IMG/VR virus record: IMGVR_UViG_3300028394_002328
Span: 271,036-335,035 of that record
DNA length: 64,000 nucleotides
Reading direction: 5' to 3' (one strand)
In this document: piece by piece, positions 56,452-64,000 of the stretch
Position numbering within the stretch: the stretch's first letter is position 1
How the letters are laid out: each line of letters starts with the position of its first letter
Notes under the pieces: model-generated
Seen by the model: only the letters and a program-made list of their open reading frames with translations
Told to the model about the DNA's origin: nothing
Databases searched by the model: none
Made by a program: the position numbers and the translations under genes

Positions 56452-57336
56452 TTAGATTCTTCTTCTAGCAGGTTTTCTGCTTTCCATAACGCTCTTGTCG
56501 TTCTGTTGAACAGAACCACCGGCGCCAGCTTCTTTACCTTGTGGGGTCTTGTGACCAAAACCGCCTGGCACTTTTTCTTTGAATGATGACTTGCCTGCAT
56601 CTTGTCCTGGTGTGTTTTTAAACTGACCAGCACCCTTTACAGTTGTCTCACCCTTAGAACCGTAGTTGCTAGGAGCTTTAGGACTTGTTGGAACTGTCTC
56701 AGATGCACCAGAGAACTTTACTGGCTTGCTGTCCATTCCTGCTTGTCCACTGTTTTGTAGACCTGGGCTCTTTGTTTGTGCGCCATTGTCGCCGCCGATT
56801 TTAGAACCGTAAAGACCTGGAACATTCTTTAATTGAATTGCTTCCATCATTTCTTCAGCACCTTCTTCTTCATCGTCAAATTCTTCTTCGCCTTCTTCAT
56901 CACCCGTCATTTCTTCTTCGTCGCCGAAATCTTCTTCGTCGCCCATACCATCGTCATCACCGCCCATGATCTTTTCAAAATCAGCCATTAACTGGTCTAA
57001 TTTGTCTTCAATGCGAATAACCGCATCTTCAACTTCATCATCAGCTTCTTCATCATGCATATCGTCAGAACTAATGTCAATGACTTCTTCTTCGTCATCG
57101 AATCCAATATCATCTTCATCTTCTGTCATACCACCAGCTTCTTCTGCGCTGATTTCGTCCATTAGATCGCCGACTTGACCTCCCATGCCTTCTTCACCCA
57201 TCATTTCGTCGTCCATGATAGATTCGTAGATTTCACGGGATTTTTCTACTACGATATCGTGAAATAATTCACGGGCTTGTTCTTCATTCTCATTGATAAT
57301 CAAATCAATAAGTTGTTCAAATTTTCTATGATCCAT
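56452..57336 (-). CDS. Acidic prohead core protein (gp67/68-like)
   Basis: Asp/Glu-rich; head-gene position. Confidence 0.55.
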   Translation of the reverse strand: MDHRKFEQLIDLIINENEEQARELFHDIVVEKSREIYESIMDDEMMGEEGMGGQVGDLMDEISAEEAGGMTEDEDDIGFDDEEEVIDISSDDMHDEEADDEVEDAVIRIEDKLDQLMADFEKIMGGDDDGMGDEEDFGDEEEMTGDEEGEEEFDDEEEGAEEMMEAIQLKNVPGLYGSKIGGDNGAQTKSPGLQNSGQAGMDSKPVKFSGASETVPTSPKAPSNYGSKGETTVKGAGQFKNTPGQDAGKSSFKEKVPGGFGHKTPQGKEAGAGGSVQQNDKSVMESRKPARRRI

Positions 57337-57444
57337 TATTGTTCTCCTGAAGTGAAATGGCTTTGTAATAATTATTTAGTGGGTATACCAAAAAACAGCT
57401 TATTAACTACTGTTTTTTTACGTTTTTGTAAAATATATACAAAA

Positions 57445-57672
57445 TTATAGGGTAGGAGCTGCTGCTTCTGCCTTAGGTCCGTATTGATCGTGGACTTTTT
57501 TTAGATGTTGTTTCTTTTCGTAGTTTCTTACATCAAGCATTTTTCTTAATTTTCTTATTTGCTTTAATGTAAGTTTAGTTTTTCTAGATTGTTTCCAAAT
57601 AGGTTTACTGTTATCTTGATCAACATCTTGATAACCTTCAACCGGCGGATCAAACATTTCTAGTAACTTCAT
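57445..57672 (-). CDS. Small basic hypothetical protein
   Basis: 75 aa between portal and core genes. Confidence 0.65.
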   Translation of the reverse strand: MKLLEMFDPPVEGYQDVDQDNSKPIWKQSRKTKLTLKQIRKLRKMLDVRNYEKKQHLKKVHDQYGPKAEAAAPTL

Positions 57673-57685
57673 GTAATTATTTATC

Positions 57686-59476
57686 TTATGCTGTTAAACC
57701 GCCGCCACCTGCTCCACCGGGAGGCATTGCGCCTGGTGCTGATTGCACAGGGCCAGCTACTTCAGGTCCTGCAGGCATTTCACCTTCAGCCGGTGCTTGT
57801 TCTATATCATCTGCTGTTTGTTCATCAGATTCTATATCACCTATGCTTACTCCAATGTTTCTTAAATCACCACCTTCAGGTGTGCGGTCTTCATCTTTGT
57901 TGTTTTCTTCACGCCAAAGTTGCTCATTCTTAGTAATTTCTTCTTCACTAAGACCTAAGAATCTTTCTAGTGCGAATCTTTTTGATATATAGGGAAACGC
58001 TTCCATTGCTTGGAATGTAGATACTCTAGCAGTATCTAACTCACTTTGACGATAAGCAGCAAAATTTTGTGGAGGATTAAACTTTAGTGAGAACAATCCA
58101 CTATCAATATTCAATCCTCTCCAACGCAAGAATAATTTAAATTCTTCGTCTAATTTTAATGCAATATAATTTTGTAAACGCTCACAATATTGATTAAATC
58201 TAAACTCTTGTATCATTGCTGTGCCAACACGACCATCACTTAATGGGGTAGTATTGTCATCAGGACCAGTTGGTAAATATGAACTTGGTACACGCAATCC
58301 ACGTGCCAATCTATTATTAAAATAGCGCAGGTCATCGATCTCGCCTAGATTCTGTCCACCTGGTAATAATTCTACGCTACTTCCTCTACCATCAGCAGTA
58401 ACAGGGAAGAAATAATCTTCGTTCATACTTAATGGATTATATGTAGCATCTACTATGCTTTGTCCACCGTATACTGAAGGGATACGTCTTTGATGAATTT
58501 CATTTTTAATTCTTTCAACAAACGCCATAGCCATATGACTTGGCATATTACCAACGTCAATCTTAAACATTCTACGCTCAGGCGCACGTTGTACACGATA
58601 GATTAATACCGCATCTTCTAACAATTCTTTTTGTTTATAAACTTTAAAGACATTTTCTAAAATACTTTGACCAAAAGGCCAAAATCTGTCAAGACCTTCT
58701 GTTAGACTTAAATGTACTACATGTTTAGCATCAACTGAACTTTCACTTTGTCCTAATGTAAACCTACTACCAGTAGTATTGTAAGGCATTGCTGGAACAG
58801 TGTACGGTGTGTTAGTACCGCCACCGGTTCCACCTAATCCAGTAGCTGGATTAGCTGCAAAGTCTGTATTAGTTTTTTGTGCTACTGACAAGTTCTGTAA
58901 GTTAATGTTTAAGTCTTTAATGACATATTGTTCAGGTTTCTTACCTTCACTTTCGTTAACAATAACCTTAATAACTTTTAGCATATCAATCCAATATAGT
59001 CTAAAGTTTTCAGGATCACGCAAAAAGACTTGATCTCCGTACTTAATAACATTTCTGAATATCTTAAATACGCGGGTATCAAATTCGTTTAGTTTACACC
59101 ATTGCTGCAATTGAGTTTTTAATAAGTCTACTTCATGGGGAGTAGGATCTTCTTTAAATTCAAAAGCAAATGGAGTTTTATTTTGTTCATTTTTTTGTGT
59201 ACTGAATTCTGATATAATGTCCAAACATGCGTTGATTTCAGCATCAACGTCCATCATTTCATATTGGTTATATCGTTCAATACGGTTTGGGTGACCTGTA
59301 TAGACTTCAGGAAGTCTACTCATATAGTTTTTATAGCCCCAATCTAGATTATTCCAACCACCAGTAGAACTACCATTTTGTCCTGGGCTACCGTTCCAAG
59401 CACCGGCGTTACTGTTCACACCGGATATAGGACTAGAAACTCCGCTCCTATTTATAAATCGTTTTTTGTAGGTCAT
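57686..59476 (-). CDS. Portal protein (gp20-like)
   Basis: EDAVLIYRVQRAPERR.F.IDVGNMP, EDYFFP, LPGGQNLGEIDD. Confidence 0.97.
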   Translation of the reverse strand: MTYKKRFINRSGVSSPISGVNSNAGAWNGSPGQNGSSTGGWNNLDWGYKNYMSRLPEVYTGHPNRIERYNQYEMMDVDAEINACLDIISEFSTQKNEQNKTPFAFEFKEDPTPHEVDLLKTQLQQWCKLNEFDTRVFKIFRNVIKYGDQVFLRDPENFRLYWIDMLKVIKVIVNESEGKKPEQYVIKDLNINLQNLSVAQKTNTDFAANPATGLGGTGGGTNTPYTVPAMPYNTTGSRFTLGQSESSVDAKHVVHLSLTEGLDRFWPFGQSILENVFKVYKQKELLEDAVLIYRVQRAPERRMFKIDVGNMPSHMAMAFVERIKNEIHQRRIPSVYGGQSIVDATYNPLSMNEDYFFPVTADGRGSSVELLPGGQNLGEIDDLRYFNNRLARGLRVPSSYLPTGPDDNTTPLSDGRVGTAMIQEFRFNQYCERLQNYIALKLDEEFKLFLRWRGLNIDSGLFSLKFNPPQNFAAYRQSELDTARVSTFQAMEAFPYISKRFALERFLGLSEEEITKNEQLWREENNKDEDRTPEGGDLRNIGVSIGDIESDEQTADDIEQAPAEGEMPAGPEVAGPVQSAPGAMPPGGAGGGGLTA

Positions 59477-59486
59477 AATGTATTTA

Positions 59487-62400
59487 TTAAACTTTAGTGT
59501 ACTTCAATAAATCACTTTGGGTATTGTTGCTCTCGGATAACTCATTAATCATATCGTCTAATCTAGAAATCATTACATCAAATTTATCTGTAAGCATTTC
59601 TATTATCCTGTCATTAATGTCAGTTCCGGTGACCGTAGCAGTAGTAGTTGTGCTTTCTATTGGTTGAGAAGCGGGAGTCGTTGCTAATTTTTCTAATATA
59701 GAATTAGCGTCTAATGGAGCAGTAATTTCTCTACCATGATGTTCTACTGGATAACCTGTCATAGGTCCATCAAAGATACCTCCCAGTTCAGCTTGAGGTA
59801 TTTCACCTGATCGTAATTTGCCTGAGAAACCTTGTGCAAGTTGCATTCTTTTTTGTGTTTCGGCTTGTCCTCCGGCATATCCAACAGATTTACCAACTTG
59901 TTCAATATTACCAAGATCGACCCCACGAGATTGTTTTTCTTTAAAATATACAGCAGCTAATTTAGCCGCTATATCCGGGTCATTAGCTAAATCCGGATCT
60001 TTTACTAAATCAACACCTATAAGATTTCCATATTTTTCATAATTACTTTTACCGGTAAGTTGTATTAATCCTCGCCCTCTATATTTGTATCCTTCATCAG
60101 CAGCATTGCCCATTCTGCCGCCGTATATTACATTACCAACTGCTTCAGGGCCCTTATCTACTACACTTTGTGCTTCTTCTAATGATCTAAAACGAACTTT
60201 ATTTCCACTACCCGGACCATATAACCTAAGTAATGTTTGTGCGCTGTATTTACCAACATCTTCTGATCTAGCTTTAAAGCCAGATTCGGCTTGCACTTGT
60301 GCCATAAGATTAGAAACAGAACCAGTATCTGATATACCCTGTTTTTTTAATTCTGCTAAAAATTTGTTTTGTTGTTCGCCACTGGTCGCTGTTGGTTGAG
60401 ATCCTGATGACAATCTAGCACCCATGTTGCTAAAAAATCCACCTCCACTTGCACCACCAGTAGATCCACTTGCACCACCAGTAGATCCACTTGCACCACC
60501 AGTAGATCCGCCTGAACCCCCGGCACCTCCACTACCAAGCTGCCCTGTTACTACTTTTATTTGTTTAGTAAAATTGTTTAAATCAAAAAATGCGTTTTTA
60601 ACCCCGCCGGTAATTCCAGCTGTACCATCAACAAACTGTTCAAGTTTCTCAGTTTCTTCTTCTTTTAGTTCTAATTGTTCGTCTAGTTCTGTATTCCATT
60701 TATTAAGATTGCCTATTAACTTTTTTAGTATAGCGTCAGAATCTTTTAAATTCTTGTTAAACGCTTCAGTATTTTCTTTTTCTTCTTTACTATCTGCTGA
60801 ATTTTGATCAGCGTTATTTTGCAATCCATCAGGTAATTCTGTTTTTGATGATAAAGGGATCACTGCCTCGTTACCGTGTAATTCAACAGGATAACCAGAT
60901 TTAGGACCACTGAATATACCACCTTCAGCAGCTTTAGGTACTAGTTTGACCGCTTCTTGATTTTTCTTTTCTTGAGCAATTGCCCCATCTAAGGTTCTCA
61001 ACATCTCTTCGTAAGATTGTTTACTCTGTAGAGAATTGGTTCTTGGTCCTTTTTCTTCAAGTTTTTTTCTTTGTCTTTCAAGTTCTTCTATTTTTTCCTG
61101 ACCCTGTAACTCCCTTTCATTTTGTTTAACTGTAGAAGTGGTAGAAGCAGTAGATGCTAAGGTAGATGTTGTAGTATTAAATGATTTAGTCACTGCAGGA
61201 GGCGCTGCCGCTACATCAAAATTTGAATTAACTTTAGTTTTTTGTTCTAAAGAATTAATTGCTTTGTCCAATGAATTCATGGTTTCTTTCCATGATATTG
61301 CATCTTTTGTTGTATTAGTTTTAGGGCCTCTCTCTAACAGTTTTGCTCTGTCAGCTAACATTTTTTTAAGTTCAGTAGCTGGGTCAACTGCCGAAGAATC
61401 AGGTTGGTTCTCTGTTGGTTTCTGTTCAAAGGATGATGCCGGTCTATTTGACATTTTTCCTAATTCTGCTTTAGCCTTAGCTAACTCATCTATTGCTTTT
61501 TTCTGATCAGCCTCTCGTCCAAATCCCATTTTTTGAGTAAGGGATGCAGTTTCCATAGACTTTGCATATTTGGCTTCAGCTTCTACAATTTTTTGTTTGG
61601 CTTTTTGAATCGCCTCTTCTTTTTTAGCTTGAGCCTCTTTATTTTTTTCCTCTTTCTTTTGAAGCTCTTCTTCTTTATTTTTAATTTTTTCTTTTGCTGC
61701 TTTCTCTACTTCTAACTCTTTTAACTTCTCTTCCCAATATTTTATACCTCTGGCCGCTGCCGCTTTTTCCTCAGCAGTTGTAGCATTTTTCTGATCGGCA
61801 ATGGCAGCATCTTGTTTAGCCTTAGCATCTACTATTTCTTTTTCTTTTTCTGCAAGATCACTTTTTGCGGTATCTAGAGTAGATACTTTTTCACCAAGTT
61901 TTTCTCCTAGTAATTGTCCACCTTTACCACCTAACCAACCACCTAATGCACCGCCTATAGCAGTCCCTATACCAGGTAATATCGCAGTTCCGATCGCTGC
62001 ACCTATCAGTGTTCCAGATGCAGTTCCTGCACCTTCACCTAATGCGCCGCCTTTCTTTTTGTTAGCTTCTTCTTCGGTGATCTTTCCTTCTTTTAATTCT
62101 TTAGAAGCGTCTTGGTATCCGCTATAGGCTTGATATGCTCCCACAACTGCGCCCATTCCCGCTGTACCGGCAGTAGATCCTAATACTTTGCCAACCGATC
62201 CCAATGTTTTGGTTAATGCTGACATACTTGATGACAACGACGATGCAGCAGCCGTTGCTGCAGGTGCAGCAGCAGGTGCAGCGGCACTAGCAGGAATTAA
62301 CAGCCCACTTGCCGATTTTACAAAGCCAGATGCAGCAGGTGCAGCACCTGCTGCTCCGGGAAGTGCACCTGCTGCTGCACCTAACCGACCCATACCCGTA

Positions 62401-64000
62401 GCCTGAGCAAGAGCGTTAGTACCTGAGGCTACTAAACTGTTTCCAAATTTAGCAAGACCAATAGTTACTAATCCAGTTAATGCAGCACTAGCAAATCCAA
62501 TAGCTAGTGTCATTCTATCAAAGCCAGCAATTAAAGGATTTCCTGCAAGTACTATCTCATCAAACTTTGTTGCAACCTGAATTTCCGCAGTGACCATTTT
62601 GGCTCTGGTATCCTGCATAGGATCTTTACCAGCTTCTTTTTGTGCTTTGATTTTAGCTTCAGCTTCTTTTTTAGCGGCTACTTCATCTTTTTCTCTTCTA
62701 CCACCTAAAAATTGTAAAAATTCTTTAGAGTAACCAAATGATTCCCTTACTTCTTTGTTATGCATTGCAGAAACGCCAACATTCTGTAAGGTTTGATCAC
62801 CTTGTTTTTTTAGAGAATTCAAGAATTCTTGTGTTACATCTTCACCATTTTTTATGCGTCTTGCAAATTCCTCAATAGGCACGCCCATTCTTGCAAGCAT
62901 TGCACTTTCTTGGGTTACCGCGCCAGTAGCCAAGAATTTGGACATGGCATCGACCATCTTAGGATCTTTAACTTGGTTTTGAATACCTACCAATAAAGCA
63001 TCTCTAGCCTTTAGTTCTGCTTCTAATTTCTTTGCTCTTTCTTCATCTAACGGAAGACCTGTTTTGCGTAAACGATTGATTTCCATTTCCATTAAATTGG
63101 TTTGGATCAATGTTTCTTCCCTACTTAATGCAGCTTCATTTTCCTTCTTAATTGTTTCAATATCTTTTCCGCTTAAAGCACTAAGTGTTAACAGATTATC
63201 AGTATATTCTAATGAAGCTTTTCTTAAAGAGGCTTCGTCTTTATTTCGTGCGCTAAGATTTCTTCCTGAGATAGTCTGAAGTTTTATATAATCTGCTTGA
63301 TTTTGTATTAACTCCCCTTGACTTACACCTAATCTAAGATATTCTTCTCTTTGTTGATTAGTAATTGAAGTTAGTCTACCAAATGCTTTAGTGCCGTCAC
63401 CTACGGTATTACCCAATGAGACTAGACCTGAGCCCATACTTTGCAGTGGTCTAACTAATAAGTCTAAATTTTTACTAGTAACTCCAGATTGGTGTGCTAA
63501 CTTAAGTAATTCTTCACCGGTCATTGCACCGGCATTTCCAAATTTAGATAATTGATCAGAGGCTTTTAATACATTGTCCGCTTGAGTTAAATAAGCACTA
63601 CCTACTTTAGCAATGCCTTGCGTGAGTATTCCTAAGCCTTTGCCAAGCAAGCCAAAATTATTAAGTACACTAGTAGAACCATTTGCCAAGCTAGTTAATG
63701 TACTTTCATATTTAGAATATGACCTTTCCCCGCTAAGTACAGCTTTTGAAAATGACTCTACTGCGGCTTGTCCATGATCAAGACCAGCCTTAAAGTTAGT
63801 CATAGCCTCATTATATTTTTTAGCAGCTTCCTGACTATCTTGTTGTACTCGGGTATACCCTCGTGTAGCATTGCCTAAACCATCAAAAGCTTGAGCCTGA
63901 CCCTTAATATTATTCTCAAGGTTCATCTTTGCTAATTGCTCTTTAGGCACCATGGCCATGTTGAAAGTTAACAGAGAATTCAACATCTCTGTATTACGAT
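59487..64000 (-). CDS. Tape-measure-like tail protein with GH19 chitinase/lysozyme domain; probably 5'-truncated by the window edge
   Basis: Helical N-terminus; AESGF, YGGRMGN, YRGRGLIQLTGKSNY; frame is open upstream of ATG 63986. Confidence 0.8.
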   Translation of the reverse strand, partial: RNTEMLNSLLTFNMAMVPKEQLAKMNLENNIKGQAQAFDGLGNATRGYTRVQQDSQEAAKKYNEAMTNFKAGLDHGQAAVESFSKAVLSGERSYSKYESTLTSLANGSTSVLNNFGLLGKGLGILTQGIAKVGSAYLTQADNVLKASDQLSKFGNAGAMTGEELLKLAHQSGVTSKNLDLLVRPLQSMGSGLVSLGNTVGDGTKAFGRLTSITNQQREEYLRLGVSQGELIQNQADYIKLQTISGRNLSARNKDEASLRKASLEYTDNLLTLSALSGKDIETIKKENEAALSREETLIQTNLMEMEINRLRKTGLPLDEERAKKLEAELKARDALLVGIQNQVKDPKMVDAMSKFLATGAVTQESAMLARMGVPIEEFARRIKNGEDVTQEFLNSLKKQGDQTLQNVGVSAMHNKEVRESFGYSKEFLQFLGGRREKDEVAAKKEAEAKIKAQKEAGKDPMQDTRAKMVTAEIQVATKFDEIVLAGNPLIAGFDRMTLAIGFASAALTGLVTIGLAKFGNSLVASGTNALAQATGMGRLGAAAGALPGAAGAAPAASGFVKSASGLLIPASAAAPAAAPAATAAASSLSSSMSALTKTLGSVGKVLGSTAGTAGMGAVVGAYQAYSGYQDASKELKEGKITEEEANKKKGGALGEGAGTASGTLIGAAIGTAILPGIGTAIGGALGGWLGGKGGQLLGEKLGEKVSTLDTAKSDLAEKEKEIVDAKAKQDAAIADQKNATTAEEKAAAARGIKYWEEKLKELEVEKAAKEKIKNKEEELQKKEEKNKEAQAKKEEAIQKAKQKIVEAEAKYAKSMETASLTQKMGFGREADQKKAIDELAKAKAELGKMSNRPASSFEQKPTENQPDSSAVDPATELKKMLADRAKLLERGPKTNTTKDAISWKETMNSLDKAINSLEQKTKVNSNFDVAAAPPAVTKSFNTTTSTLASTASTTSTVKQNERELQGQEKIEELERQRKKLEEKGPRTNSLQSKQSYEEMLRTLDGAIAQEKKNQEAVKLVPKAAEGGIFSGPKSGYPVELHGNEAVIPLSSKTELPDGLQNNADQNSADSKEEKENTEAFNKNLKDSDAILKKLIGNLNKWNTELDEQLELKEEETEKLEQFVDGTAGITGGVKNAFFDLNNFTKQIKVVTGQLGSGGAGGSGGSTGGASGSTGGASGSTGGASGGGFFSNMGARLSSGSQPTATSGEQQNKFLAELKKQGISDTGSVSNLMAQVQAESGFKARSEDVGKYSAQTLLRLYGPGSGNKVRFRSLEEAQSVVDKGPEAVGNVIYGGRMGNAADEGYKYRGRGLIQLTGKSNYEKYGNLIGVDLVKDPDLANDPDIAAKLAAVYFKEKQSRGVDLGNIEQVGKSVGYAGGQAETQKRMQLAQGFSGKLRSGEIPQAELGGIFDGPMTGYPVEHHGREITAPLDANSILEKLATTPASQPIESTTTTATVTGTDINDRIIEMLTDKFDVMISRLDDMINELSESNNTQSDLLKYTKV
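60445..60507 (+). repeat. Three tandem 21-bp repeats encoding GSTGGAS-type linker units
   Basis: ccacttgcaccaccagtagat x3. Confidence 0.9.

Noticed and set aside
60445-60507. Tandem 21-bp repeats as a CRISPR array
   Set aside because: No spacers; in-frame Gly/Ser linker. No CRISPR array or cas gene was seen in the window
59818-63279. Several short ORFs nested in the tail gene
   Set aside because: Antisense or alternative-frame shadows of a low-complexity coding region
1-64000. Stop-codon reassignment or suppressor tRNA
   Set aside because: Core genes are intact in the standard code, and no CUA, UUA or UCA anticodon was found

Overview
A 64-kb, AT-rich segment of a large T4-like (myovirus) phage genome, almost all on the minus strand. 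Two Bug/TctC proteins, iscU and sigma70 promoters suggest a Proteobacterial, probably Burkholderiales, host (inference). (1) 1.7-12.8 kb: an array of 18 intact tRNA genes plus tRNA-like remnants and candidate structured ncRNAs, headed by an unannotated 31-aa leader peptide with antiterminator/terminator architecture. (2) ~0-27 kb: interleaved tailoring enzymes (radical SAMs, 2OG-Fe(II)-type oxygenases, methyltransferases, two desaturases, PP-loop ATPases, Bug proteins), plus rubrerythrin/rubredoxin and a beta-barrel protein. (3) 32-37.5 kb: a phosphate-starvation module of pstS-phoX and plcP-agt (phospholipid-to-glycolipid remodelling). Each operon sits behind an identical hybrid promoter: Pho box + 7 nt + phage late core TAAATA. 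(4) iscU, SleB hydrolase, a Hint-domain protein, PAAR, glutaredoxin, nrdB, nrdA. (5) A glycosyl/methyltransferase cluster, then head genes (gp23, gp22, gp21, core, gp20) and a 5'-truncated tape-measure/GH19 protein. All calls come from motif recognition by eye; no database searches were run, so novelty is unverified.
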